64,000 nucleotides of DNA. Source: Eledone cirrhosa (lineage: Eukaryota). Made by a program: the position numbers and the translations under genes. The notes under the pieces were generated by a model. It made no database searches. It saw only the letters and a list, made by a program, of their open reading frames with translations, and was not told the origin of the DNA. Position 1 is the first letter of the stretch. Each line of letters starts with the position of its first letter. The stretch is from positions 36,146,001 to 36,210,000 of the forward strand of contig OZ024746.1 of NCBI GenBank assembly GCA_964016885.1, read 5' to 3'. Positions 39,412 to 52,998 of the stretch are shown here, piece after piece.

Positions 39412-39864
39412 TAATCATTTAAACGGAGCAAAGTCTAAAATGCAAGTTTGAAGAAAAAATGTATATACACATTAGCCAAATTCCTCTAGTCCCGACTATC
39501 GATAGTTTCGCTAGTACTTTGTGGATATGTCCAATCCTGGTATTTCCATGAGGTTTCGAGTTTATCAAGAGACTCCCTCAGTTAGGAGTAACATTTTCTT
39601 TAATTCAGCCACACAGTGGAAGGTTGCCACACTCATATATGTATCTGTGATTATGTCTAAATATATACATATATATTCTTACGAATTTATTCTGTACTGC
39701 AGTCAGGTTGAGTAACCCTTAGGCGGTAACTAACTGCTCCTTCTAGCAGTCAACCTACCTGCCACCCGGCCTACCCTTCACACATTTCTAATTTGACCGC
39801 TGGCCACGTCATAATTCTTACCCACTTTGAATTCATTTCTGGCGGTGATCACTAGAAATGTTCC

Positions 39865-42130
39865 AGGGGACGAAAGCCGTTCAATGGGCCCGGGTGTTGG
39901 AGAGGCGAGTGGCAACAAGTCAACAATTCGGTCTTTGCCTGATCAAAACGGGAGCATGTTGCTCGAACCCGAGCAGATGTGTGCGGATTTTCAACAGCAC
40001 TTTGCTCAATTGTTCGGGAGCGGCGGCGGGCCGAGTCGCAGTATGGACTTCGGTGTATACCTCGACGGACTGCCGCGGCTCTCAACGACCGCAGCTCAGT
40101 GCTGCGAAAAGCCGATAACAGCAGGTGAAATACGGGGCACGATGTCTGATTGCACGAGTGATAAATCGCCAGGTTTGGATGGTCTGCACTACGAGCAATA
40201 TGCGTATATGCCAGACATGTTGGGCGACCTCTTGGCAGATGTCTACTGCAACTCGCAGGAGAACGGGAGCATTTCCTGTTTTGTGAGCCGGTGAACAGTA
40301 ACGCTGCTGAGAAAAGACATGAAAAAGGGGGACGTTATAGACAACTTCAGGCAGAGTTTAAGATTTTGACATAGGTGTTAGCAAAGAGATTGGCGCTTGT
40401 CGTCGGTGATCTGGTGGGAGAGGTGCAGACATGCGCCATCCCGGACATATCCATCCACGACAACCTCCATCTCATGAGAGGGTGGTTAAGGAACCGGGTA
40501 CGGGTGGGGACCTGATCAACTTTGATCAATCTCATGTATTTGATAGGGTCAACCATCGGTATCTGGCTGCGATACTCGAGGCGGCCTGCTTCGGCCCGTT
40601 TTTAGGGGCTGGATCGCTGCGATGCACAGCAACATCTGTTCGATTGTGAGGGTGAATGGTCACCTGTCGCAACCTTTCAGCATCATGCGCTCGGTCCACC
40701 AGGGTTTCGCCCTCTCGTCCCTCTTGTACGGACTGGCCTTAGAGCCGTTACTGCACAAATTGGAGACGATGAGGAGGTCTCACGCGAACAGGGATGCTGG
40801 AGATCCGTGTCAGTTTAAGCTGACGACGTCACCGTGGTGGTGTCGAGCACCAAACACGTCCAGATGCCGAGCATCTGGACGTGTTTGGTACTCGACACCG
40901 CTCTCAAGGAATACGAAGCGGTGATAGGAGCAAAGATAAACCAGGAAAAGTCGGTGAGATTGCAACTCGGCACCGGTAGAGGCAAGTCCATGCCATCCGA
41001 CAGCGTCTGGGGGCGCAGGACTGAAGGACCTGATAAATTGTTCGGTCCGGACCTCCAGATGGAGAAAAACTGGAGCCGGGTGACGAGCAGGGTGGCCTCT
41101 CTCACCCAGAAATGGGCCGAGAGGAGGCTGTCTCTAAAAGGTAGGGCGTAGGTGGAGAATGCGTACATAGCATCCACAGCGTCTGTCTCCAAGCGCCCCC
41201 CGCCCTCTACCAGCTGGGCACTATTATCGGTGGAACATCCACCTCAGCGTTCTATAGAGGGCTAGTGGAGGGAAAGAGCGCCGACGTTCTCGGGGAGACC
41301 CTGGGTTTCGAAGACGATCATCTGTTGGCTCTCTTCAAGAGAATTTAGAGACCGGACATGGACAACATCCAGAAAACCCCGGGCCTGGCAGTGCTACCGG
41401 CGAACATTGCCGGTTCGGGATAAGCTCTACAGACACGGAAGAGCTGTCAGCCGAGCTTGTCCGAGATGCGCGCAGGGCGACGAAACCGCCCTGCACGCAC
41501 TCGTTCAGTGCCCGAGGATTGCTGACTTGAGGAGTTATGTCGAACAGCTGCTGTCACGTGTAGGACGTATGCGGTTATCGACTGAGTCCATTGTGCAGAT
41601 AACCCCGCCATCCTCCTTTAAAGAGGAGGAAGGGCAGGCAGTTTTCCTCTGCCTGGTGGCCATGCTGAAATACATTATGTGGTGGACAAGGTTGAAAGGT
41701 TTGAAGACGGACAATTTCCTCTTCAGCCAATCCCTGATTAACTTTTTCAAGTTTCACTTGAAGAGGAAAATCTGGGTGGAGAGACCAGTGCTGTCTTCTA
41801 GTAAGTGTGTTGAAAGGTGGGTGAAAGTGGCGAGTCTGGTCCGAGTGAACCGGCCCGCTCTGAGTATGCACCTGTAGACTGAGGAGTGGGGAAAGTGAGA
41901 GAGGGCGCTTGCCCTGGTGGTCAGAGTGGCCGTGGCTTTTTTGTGTGGTTTTCGCCACAAGTGACCCTCGGAGGTTTTCCCCTTTTTGGCGAATATTTTT
42001 TTTTAATTTCTAGCCAAATTTTGTTATAACCTGTTTACACGACCAAAACACACTTTGTATCGTCCTGTACTGGTCTGTGCCGTCTCTAATGTTTTTCTTT
42101 GTGTCAGCCCTAGTGGCCAATAAAGAAACG
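39865..42130 (+). mobile_element. 5'-truncated, decayed L1/Tx1-clade LINE related to 12765-18591
   Basis: Fragmented ORFs align by eye to ORF2 (KSPGLDG, FGPDLQMEKNW, LSLKGRA, CPRC...ETALHALVQCP). The 3' end is AATAAAGAAA. Confidence 0.85.
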
Positions 42131-42830
42131 ATTATTATTATTATTATTGTTATTACTGTTATTATTATTATTATTATTGTTATTATTGTTATTATTGTTA
42201 TTATTATTATTATTATTATTACTCTTGGAGCCACAGTCATTGATGTTATTTAACTGGAAAGTTTGTTCAAATGAACATGAAGCCGCTACATGCAGCCTCA
42301 GATATTCAGCACATATCGGACTGTCCTTGCTGTTCCCAGCAAACATATCATTTGAAGTGTTCCAAGAAAGGGGAGTGGACTAATGTTCTTTATTCATCCT
42401 TGAAAACTCATTGCGATAGTACCTAGTGCTCCTTTGACAATCGGAACGAGCTTGATTTCATGACAGTCCCATTCTTTTTAACTCCTCCTCTAAATCCTGG
42501 TCTCCTTTTCTTGCACTCTTGTGTCAATGAGGCAGTCTACATCTATAATCAGGCACGATATTGTTCCTTGTCAAATCCAGCAGTTCAGGCCTAGTGTGTT
42601 GTAATTTCTTATCTGTCTGTATCGCGAAATCCCATAGCATCTTCATTTGATCGTTTCTATTACCGACTCTGGCTTATGCCCATACCACTTCTCAGAATGT
42701 TGTAAATGTTTTACTATGCACAAATGGCAGGAAATCACCTTTCCTATTGTATCATGCCTCCAGTGTTTACAGTGAGTCTGGGCTAGGTGTTTACACTTGG
42801 ATACAAGAGTGGTAATGATTGCAGAGGTCT
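42131..42830 (-). mobile_element. R4/Dong-like non-LTR retrotransposon 3' fragment (restriction-like endonuclease) with (TAA)n tail
   Basis: LVSKCKHLAQ...WRHDTIGKVI...LC...KWYGHKPESV followed by MLWDFAIQTD, TRP and GALG remnants. (ATT)n at 42131-42221. Confidence 0.7.
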
Positions 42831-43052
42831 TACGAGCTTTTGATTCCAGAGTCGGGCCAGATCGATATATATCAAACCTTGAGCTGATCAATAGCGAAAC
42901 GCACGTCACCACACAATAAACGTTATGAAGACATAATAAATCGTACTTTTATTATTATATTTGCACTCTGTTTAGCTCTACACTGCGTTGCGTACGGGAA
43001 TTTAGTTAGTTCTCAATTGCGTGAACCTACAGTAGATGCACGTTACACTCCC

Positions 43053-43099
<47 letters not shown>

Positions 43100-43243
43100 T
43101 TAGTTTTTCAATTTGTTTTGCAAGATTTCTCTTCTCATACGTGTGTTGAAACAAATATTATTATACTTTGGGAACGTCTTGCTGCCAAGAAAATTAAGAC
43201 CGTGTCAGGACAGGACAGAGAAGGGACACAACATTTGAACCCA

Positions 43244-43286
43244 GTCACTGAGGATGTCACGGAATGTGTGATGAAAGACCTTTGAC
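43244..43286 (+). ncRNA. Hammerhead in diverged PLE pseudo-LTR fold-back (~43100-43410)
   Basis: GTCA-CTGAGGA-T-GTCACGGAATGTGTGAT-GAAA-GACCT-T-TGAC, homologous to 27971-28013. Confidence 0.65.
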
Positions 43287-45977
43287 AATATATAAACAAA
43301 TATCCGGTCATCAAACCAACTTACCAAAATGTAGTTTATAATAAATAGAAGGGAAATCCAACTGGTGCATTTGATATTATTGAGAGCATGACCCTCCCGA
43401 AGTATCACAATATATATATGTTTGTGTGCGTGTGTGTGTGAGTTTGTGTTCTTGTGCGTATGTGTTTGTGTGCGTCTGTCTCAATCAATGACAGTCTAAA
43501 TACACAATTGTTTTCCTTATTCATTCATTCATGCATGTATATACGTATGCATCTGTATTTATGAATGTATATATGCAGGATTTTGATATATATGTAGGCA
43601 CCTAATAGTACAACGAAGCAACGTTTGCTAAATCATATCACGCCTCCAAATGGTATGTTTTCTTTACATTTCGCATTCGTTTTTATTATTTCGTGTCGTA
43701 TAGTGGTATGAATCGTTATCAATTGCGGCAAAAAATATTTCATGAAATAGGTATCAACGGCTATTTAATTTTTTGTTGCCTATAACTCAAGAAATATATA
43801 GCGTTTTTTTTTACCATGAACCCAAGTAGTGGATGTTAATCTCGAGCAGACTCGTCAATGACAATTTGTTTCCCATCACTTAATTATTTTCGTTTGAGAA
43901 TTGTTTTTTAAAAAGACATATAGATTGTGCATATATCATTGAAATGAAAACTGTAATTTACGAACACTTTTTTCTTGATTTTATTGTATATTTTTATAAT
44001 CGGGTTTACGGTTTGCTATGTGAAATATGTTCAATCGAATCACCTTTGTACGTATCATATATTCCACAATTTCAATTCTCATATTCGCATATGTTTGCGT
44101 TATGTTTCTGCATTGGAAATATGATTCTCTAAAATTAGGATGGCCAACCGAACGTTTATTCCTTTTACATATTCATAAAGTTCCTTATTAATCTACCCTG
44201 GTATAGTTTGTTTGGTAGTAAATTAACAGGGTGGTGATAATAAATCATAATAAAACTAAAATGTAAAAAATTAAACAATTTACAGCGTTTTAATTATTGT
44301 GGCAAAAGTAATTTTATTGTAACACGCAATATTTATACTGACATTGAATTACTGTAGTGAAATAAATATATTGCACATATAAAAAGAGAGACACATATAT
44401 TTATATTTTATGTGTATATATCTATGAACATTTTTTGAAAGTGAATATATAAGTGGATTGCTGTTCGTAATTTGACAATGAATAACATGAATCAATTAAT
44501 TAAAATCTGTGAAACTATTTAGATCTTGATATGGCAATTAATTAAAATGTACACAAGGGCATTGGCAAATATACATGAATTTATTAGATTAAATGAATAT
44601 AAATTACAGAAATAGAGCACATTCCTGAAATAGAAATGTTACTTTTTACGTTATGTTGTATTTGATCTTGGTATTCATGTGTAACATTTTTTTTTTCATC
44701 AAAATATAAATATAGCATGATTAGTTGCATATGTAGATATGGATTTTTAATTTACTCTTCGTTAGCTGAAACGTAATTGAAATTGTAGGTATGTAAAACG
44801 CCTCTGTTTATCATTTTACATATTCCCGACGAATATACAATCGTGCTCGGGTCCCATTTTGTCCCAAAAATCATACCTTCATTTGCACATTGTCTCCTTA
44901 AATGCAAAACTATGATGGCATTTATTCGAAATATACAGGGTATGAATAACTTTCAGAATTCATTAATTTATAGAATTTCACTAAAAATGCATTTGATCTA
45001 GATTTGAAATGATTCATCAGTTACTAGAATTCACTGGAGATTTCCATTTGAGACAAGATTTTAGTGAAGCGATGGTAGGTGAATGAGCTGACGTTTTGGG
45101 AAAGTTATTTGGCAAAATGTTTCTTTTAGATGTTTTAAATTTTGGCAAGGGACATTCGGTGAATCCTGAAATAATTCATGTACTTCCCAGAAGAGATTTA
45201 GGAGAATATATGAAGAGGTTATTTAGACAAGATATCTCTTAGTGGTCTTCGTTTGATGCAGATGCAGAAGAGCTGATAAATATAGTATGAATATAAATAT
45301 AGAGGAGTGGATGAGCCTTGGATTCCTGTACGCTATGCGAGATTGTGAAATGTTATAGATGTAGACCAAAGGTTCTCAATCCATTTCGGCCAAACGCCCC
45401 CTTTTGCCCCTCGAAATCACGAAACGTCCTCCTACCCTATTTTTACATTTTTCTATATACTACTGATTTTGATATCAGTAGATTACTAATAAAATGATTA
45501 ACGATATTCCAAAGATACCATTGCAGGCAGTTGAAAGTATAAATACATTCCTTGAAAGGAAGTATATAAATTTCAATAAAAGGAACATAAATGTTCTTTT
45601 TTATGAATAAGGACCTGTTGAATTTGATATATTCCCACCAGACGATACCAGCTATTTTTAACATTTATACAAGAGCAACTCTGTCCTGCCAAAGAGTGCT
45701 TTTATCTGGAAGAAAGTGGCAATTGTATTATTTCAAAGCTTTCAAATTTTCCATTTAATGAAACGGACACAATAAATGTTGATATCTAACTTGATATCCC
45801 CTCCGCTTTGTGAGCTTAGAGACCACGGAAGAGGGTTTTCATGACCACGTAAGAGGGTATATACATTAGTAAACGGTAAAATATATACAACAAATGAGTA
45901 AGTGAATTGTGGTAGATGGTTTCTAGTCCAGTTAGACTGCAACTACAAATAAACAATCGACTTACTTTGACCTCGTT

Positions 45978-47150
45978 TCAATGGGAACCTTGAGCTTCAT
46001 GGAGTTTAGCTAACTCTTTGACGTCAGGCTGGATTTTCGTAAAATGTAGCAGATCTCCACATGCATTCACATTGTAGCGGTTGCGAGCCTTGCAATGCAG
46101 TCTGAAAACAGCGCCAAACCCCCTCTCGACTAAGTATGAGCTAGGCAAAGGCAAAGCAAATCTCATAGCCTCTGCATGTAGGAGTGGAAATCGAGGCTGA
46201 ATTTCCTCTTGCATCCAAACAAGGAGTTCACCTATTTTGGAAAATTTAATTTTGATAATGCCATCTGTCTGAAGTTCAATTAATTATTTCTGAAATTTAA
46301 CGTCCAAATCGACGACGTTAGCCTTGAAGGGATCTGCTATCCACATTAGGTCTGCAAAAGGTCGACAAACCGTTATCTCATGTTGTCTTGTAGTGCACGG
46401 AGGTGCGTGGTATAAATTTTGAGTTGGTCATCGCTTACAATGTTTTGAACATTGGCGACACTAGGAATATTATAGAATTACCGTCGACAAAGATTCCTTT
46501 CGATGACATTCAATTTGGCCAGGAATATTTTCACAACATTCCTTGCTTTAAACAAGGTGATCTTCTCCCTCTGCAAAGCCATAATGAGGCTATTGCATTT
46601 GTCGAAATATCGGCGAGTTAGGCGAAGTCTTGCCTCACATCGAGGGTTTTTCATACAGTTCTGTGTTGCGTACTCGAAGAAACTCAATGATAGAGTCGAA
46701 CAGTTCGACGAAGCGAGTAAGGCACTTGCCGTTTGAAAACCACCTCCCTACAGTATGAAGGAGCAATTCGACGAATCCTTCGTCATTATCTTTGCACAGT
46801 TGCCAGAAAATTCGTTTCTTGAGGGCGCCATATATAATTGATGACATCAATGGTTACCTGCAAAGACTTGCTCAGCGGCTCGCTGAGTTTCTTCGCAGCC
46901 AAATGTTTTCGATGAATAACACAATGAATAGCAAATACAGATGGATTTCCTTCTTAAGTAGAGAGACGAAACCCTTATGTTGGCCGACCATTGCTCTTGC
47001 GCCGTCCGTAGCACATGATTCAATATTGTTAAGAGGTATTTCTTTTTCTTCGAGGTATCCCTTGACAGATTCAAAGATGGTGGCACCTTTAATATATGTG
47101 GCTAGATACAAAGTGAAGAGAAGCTCCTTGTGCATTTCGTTTTGGTAGAA
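45978..47150 (-). pseudogene. Buster/SCAND3/ZBED5-like hAT transposase remnant
   Basis: ELLF..L.T...G..IF, CATDGARAMVG, LLLHTVGRW.S.GKCL.RF, SSYLVERGF.AV, C-terminal QGSH*. Confidence 0.85.
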
Positions 47151-47930
47151 AATATTGCTCAGCTTTTCATAATCTGCTAAATTCTGTGAAACAAAATCTT
47201 TCAAATTTGATATTGCCGTATCCACTACCTGCAAATCCTGCACTCTGTAATGATCCAAAAGCAGTGCATTGTGTGATATTTCAACGCATTTCGTTCCTGG
47301 TAACTTTTAGGAACTTTTCGTTGTCTGGGTAGCTCCAAAGGAGAAATATCGAGTTGATAAATCATTTTGTCTGCTGTATTGAAAAGCTCCTGAAATTAAT
47401 TTTCACTGCGTAGATTTTTATGCTCCTCCTGCACCAGTTTGACACTATGCAATAAGCTACCTAGATTAAAGGTAGTACTTTGAAAAGATTTGTTCAATCC
47501 TTCAAGGAACGTGACTAATGGAATTACAACGTGCAATCCAAGAACACATTGGCCCGGAGAGTGATACGTAAGAATAACATTAGCTCTGGATGCAATGTTG
47601 GTGCCAAACTCATTTGTTGCCTCTTGTAAATAAATAGGGATATCTGAACAATTGTCAAGAAGTGCTTTGACTGCAGAAAGTCATGTTAGCCATCGAGTAG
47701 GGCACACAGGTTTTCATGAGCGTGATGACGATACTTCATTTTCTTCATCATGTTGTGATAAATACGCGTACTTAAATTTCCCTGATGTACTATATAGTTC
47801 CCGCAATTTATTCACGACATCACTAGAACATTTTTGATAAGTGAAGCTTGTTGTACGGACTTAGTTCTAATAATTTGAGAAATATGAATGCGGCAGTGCA
47901 CGTAATGGGCCAAATCATGTTATGTTAGAA
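47151..47930 (-). pseudogene. Fragment of a different hAT transposase (Tip100/ZMYM1-like)
   Basis: The minus strand encodes KPVCPTRWLT*LSAVKALLDN (~47650-47715), LPRQRKVP (~47310-47335) and DHYRVQ..QVVDTAISNL. Confidence 0.6.
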
Positions 47931-48304
47931 TCTTTAAAAAGATGTTTAAAAATTACCCGTACTAATTAAATACAAAAAAAGTTTCAGTGCAAAACAAAAG
48001 CAAATTATTTCAAATTATATATTTTGAAGAATAGATGTGAATGCTCTGAAAGACTTGATTTCAGTCGAAAAAACTTTTTTTTAAATTCTATATTTCACTG
48101 TTAGCTGTTGTAATATTTTCATTGGATAAGCAATTCTACAATTCAAACTGTAAAGTCAAAATAGAAAGGATGTAAAATATGAAATATTTCTTGCCTTACT
48201 CTGAAATCAAAAACTCAGGGGAAAAATAGTACCTTGCAAAATAAAATACTTAGCAACGAATGAATTGAGAAGCTTGGTGACAGTGAGAAAGTAGTATTTG
48301 TATC

Positions 48305-48343
<39 letters not shown>

Positions 48344-48397
48344 GATAGGAACACAGGCACACACACATATAGACGCGCCAGCACACACACACACAAA

Positions 48398-48430
<33 letters not shown>

Positions 48431-48561
48431 GTGTGTGTGTGTGTGTGCCTTGGTTTGGGTACATAAATAATTTTATCTACAGTTTTGTATTGCCAGGTCA
48501 AAGGCCACTGCTCATTTCAACAACGCCACACACACACACACACTCACACACAAATAATATA

Positions 48562-48666
<105 letters not shown>

Positions 48667-48753
48667 GCATATATATATATATATACATATGTCCCAAGGC
48701 TCTGATACCATCAACACTATACACACAGAGCTTGCATAGCTAAGAACTGACTA

Positions 48754-48809
48754 ACTGCCTGATGAGGTCATAGCCATTCAATGGCTATCATCGAAATATA
48801 TATAGCAGT
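48754..48809 (+). ncRNA. Minimal type I hammerhead in PLE pseudo-LTR fragment (~48690-48860)
   Basis: ACTGC-CTGATGA-GGTCATAGCCATTCAATGGCTATCATC-GAAA-TATATAT-A-GCAGT, with stem II ATAGCCAT/ATGGCTAT perfect. Confidence 0.85.
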
Positions 48810-48854
48810 AAATAGAGGATTATGAGTTCATGCAATTGACTTATGTTTCGTCAC

Positions 48855-48900
<46 letters not shown>

Positions 48901-48906
<6 letters not shown>

Positions 48907-50190
48907 AATAATGGAGCTGCGGCGTTGCAAATGGGTTACATATAAAAAAGGGGGGGAGTCCTTCATCAGTGACCCTCCAACCGTCCCAGGCATTTCATCG
49001 CTTTAAGGGCCATATACCTCAGGTTGGTGCGAACAACGGCTAAAAAAAGTCGTTGGGACACGTAAATAAAGAGAACGTTAGGGTGAACAAACAAAATGGT
49101 TTAAGCAACAGAAAGTGAGAGGAAAGAGACAAGTCCCAGATTTCTATGAATATAAACTCGATAAAATCGTGAACTACTAGAGAATAAAGACCATCGGACC
49201 TGGTTGAAATGTGAGTAAGGAAGGAATTTCTCACAGGCCTAACGGGAGGAAGAAGAAGAAGGGGTCTGGTCTGCGAATTCGGTAAACATAAGTTTTGTGA
49301 AGACGCAGACGAGAGGGAGAGAAAAAAAATTCATACCGGCTTGGCCAAGAGTGCGCGAGAAAAGGAATCGGACAGGTCAAGCGGGAAGAAAGAGGAGTGG
49401 AGGAGAGGTAGTGACAGGGTATGAGTGAGTGAAAGTTGAGGAAGAGGCTAACAGAGAGAGAGAGACTGCTAGAAAGGGTAAAGATACAAAGAGAGAAACA
49501 GACGGGTGGCAGCAGAGGAAAAAATATGTGTAAATATGATAATAATGGAGCTGCGGCGTTGCAAATGGGTTACATATAAAAAAGGGGGGGGAGTCCTTCA
49601 TCAGTGACCCTCCAACCGTCCCAGGCATTTCATCGCTTTAAGGGCCATATACCTGAGGTTGGTGCGAACAACGGCTAAAAAAAGTCGTTGGGACACGTAA
49701 ATAAAGAGAACGTTAGGGTGAACAAACAAAATGGTTTAAGCAACAGAAAGTGAGAGGAAAGCGACAAGTCCCAGATTTCTATGAATATAAACTCGATAAA
49801 ATCGTGAACTACTAGAGAATAAAGACCATCTCGTCTGCGTCTTCACAAAACTTATGTTTACCGAATTCGCAGACCAGACCCCTCTTCTTCTTCCTCCCGT
49901 TAGGCCTGTGAGAAATTCCTTCCTTACTCACATTTCAACCAGGTCCGATGGTCTCTATTCTCTAGTAGTTCACGATTTTATCGAGTTTATATTCATAGAA
50001 ATCTGGGACTTGTCTCTTTCCTCTCACTTTCTGTTGCTTAAACCATTTTGTTTGTTCACCCTAACGTTCTCTTTATTTACGTGTCCCAACGACTTTTTTT
50101 AGCCGTTGTTCGCACCAACCTGAGGTATATGGCCCTTAAAGCGATGAAATGCCTGGGACGGTTGGAGGGTCACTGATGAAGGACTCCCCC
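48901..50190. repeat. Young non-coding 634-bp unit: ~1.45 tandem copies plus an inverted copy
   Basis: 48901-49195 is repeated at 49535-49830, and ~49830-50190 is the reverse complement of ~48940-49312. Copies are nearly identical. (TA)n on both sides. Confidence 0.85.
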
Positions 50191-50192
50191 CC

Positions 50193-50405
<213 letters not shown>

Positions 50406-50577
50406 GAAGAGAGAAAGAGAGAGAGACAGAGCGAGTAAAAATAGTGTGTGTGGTGTAGTCATCTATCTATCTACCTATCTATCTCCAACAGGGGGTTCAA
50501 ACATGCCGCCCGCAAACTACTTTTTTGTAGCTCGTGGTAGAACCAATATTTCATATTGCATTATAACTGGCGAAAAT

Positions 50578-50795
50578 AAGGCGGTGAGCTGGTAGAATCG
50601 TTAGCACATCTGGCGAAATGCTTAACGGTACTTCTTCCGTTTTTACGTTCTGAATTCAAATTCTGCCGATCTCAGCTTTGCCTTTCATCCTTTTGGGGTC
50701 GATGCATTAGGTACCAGTTATGTACTTGGATCGATGCAATCGACTGGACCCTAAACCCCAACTGTCAAGCCTTGTTCCTCTAGTAGAAATGATTA
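50578..50795 (+). mobile_element. tRNA-derived SINE (Octopus-type, Nin-like central domain)
   Basis: GGCGGTGAGCTGGTAGAATCGTTAGCAC head, box-B-like GAATTCAAATTC, then GCCTTTCATCCTTTTGGGGTCGAT...GTACCAG. Confidence 0.7.
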
Positions 50796-50929
50796 TATCT
50801 GGTGAAAATCTTCACTCACCACCATGTTTGGCCCACTGTGCCTCTCCTCCAGGACGTAATGGCCCATTTGTGTCCTTGAGTTTGAGACCCCTCTTCTATA
50901 CACACACACACACATGTTTTACTTTTTTC

Positions 50930-51137
50930 TGTCTCTGGACTACGCCCATGCTGGAGCATCACATTAGGATTGGTGAAAGGGCAAACAGAAACGCAAAGAT
51001 ACACACAGACATATATATATGCGACGGGCTTCTTTAAGTTTCGGTCTATCAAATCCACTCACAGGGTTTTGGTCGGCTCGGGCAGTGGGACTGAACCCGG
51101 AAATATGAGTCGGGAAGCAAGCTTCTTGTCACACTGC
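50930..51137 (-). mobile_element. Second tRNA-derived SINE family fragment
   Basis: Minus-strand head GTGTGACAAGAAGCTTGCTTCCCGAC...CCGGGTTCAGTCCCACTGC (box B GGTTCAGTCC) followed by GTGAGTGGATTTG..AGAC.GAAACT.AAAGAAGCCCGTCG. Confidence 0.65.
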
Positions 51138-51195
<58 letters not shown>

Positions 51196-51730
51196 AAGTT
51201 AAATAAAAAGTCAAATGTTTAAAATTTAGCTTCATTTATTGCTGCTATATATATTTCAGTGACAGCCATCTCTGTCGTAGTTGTCTCCCCTTCCCGCTTC
51301 GTGACGCTATGAAACTTCCTCAGTCAGAAGACTGCTGGAATTTCAAATTTGGCGGTCATTCGATGCGAGAAGGAGCAGCTTAGCGGACACGATTTTTAAC
51401 TGCGGTAAGAATTTTTTCTTATTTCAAAGTTTAATGGGCTTCCACTGAAGATTTATAAGTGCCCACCTAAATGTATTCTTACATGAATATATGTTAGGCT
51501 TCTACATAAACTGGAAACATTCTCCCAACTTGTAGAAAACTTATAATGAAACAATTGTTTGGAAAGGGAGATATATTTTAACTTTAATTATGTCTCAAAA
51601 AATAATACAACTGGCTTTCCACACCCCAAACACTTAAATTGGGTTATACAAACATATAACCTAATGTTTGTTGAGTGAGATGGTTACCAGTCGGAGTTTA
51701 GCGTTAAGCTATCTCTGTTATTGTATTAAT

Positions 51731-51762
<32 letters not shown>

Positions 51763-51805
51763 CGTATATATACATGTGTGTGCGTGTGTATAATATATAT
51801 ATTAT

Positions 51806-51980
<175 letters not shown>

Positions 51981-52065
51981 CTTACACACTTAAATATAAA
52001 TGCATGTATATATACAAATGTATAAACGCATAGCTATATAGATACGTAAATGTATGTATGTATGA

Positions 52066-52352
52066 ATGAGGTCTCAAGCGACATGCAGAAGTACACGAAC
52101 TCCAACCACAGCCGACTATTCCCAGTGAATGTTTTGGTTGCCGACTCTGTGCAAGACATTTTAGATCATTGGCTGGGCTAAAAAGCCACATTCGATCGCA
52201 GCGCTGTTAGTTGCTTTCGTGTGTGTGTGTGTGTGTATAGATACGCTTATGTGTGTGCGTGTATGTGTATATATATATGTATGTGTATATTATTATTGTT
52301 GTTGTCGTTATTATTATTGTTGTTATTATTATTTTATTATTATTTTTATTAA

Positions 52353-52400
<48 letters not shown>

Positions 52401-52458
52401 TGTATATATATGTATGTATATATATATATATATATGTATGTATATATATATATATATG

Positions 52459-52497
<39 letters not shown>

Positions 52498-52590
52498 TTA
52501 TTTATTTATTAATTTTTTTTTCTCCTCGTGCAATGGCCATACTCGATAACGAGGGGGCAGCCCTCATGTATGTATGTATGTATGTATGTA
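52066..52590 (+). mobile_element. RTE-like LINE extreme 3' end
   Basis: Encodes CRLCARHFRSLAGLKSHIRS (terminal C2H2-like motif). The 3' end GGCCATACTCGATAACGAGGGGGCAGCC is followed by an (ATGT)n tail. Confidence 0.5.
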
Positions 52591-52953
52591 GATTTATATA
52601 TATATTTTTGTATGTAGATTTATTATCTTCGTTTTTTCGTTCATTGCCAGAGAACGTCTCTATGCACCACCTAAGAGAACATTAGACTACTACCTCTTTT
52701 ATACCATAAACGTGGTTCTGTCTTTGCGCGTAATTGTTTTTCACCGCTCCTATTAATGACGTATTATTCGTTTTTCCCCGTTCTTTGCCAGGGAACGTTT
52801 CCACGAACCAAAGTATCGTCTTCCTGTATCCTCCGGTTGCAACGTTTTTTTAAATATCCAGTTCTGCGTTTACAGATTGACTTTGTTAGTTTCGGAAGAT
52901 CTCGTTAAGGGTGAAAGCAGCGATTCTTTGCTTAAACTTTAATCTGTTATTTT

Positions 52954-52998
<45 letters not shown>

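Noticed and set aside
50578-51137. tRNA genes
   Set aside because: Only SINE heads with box A/B-like motifs are present, with no complete cloverleaf.
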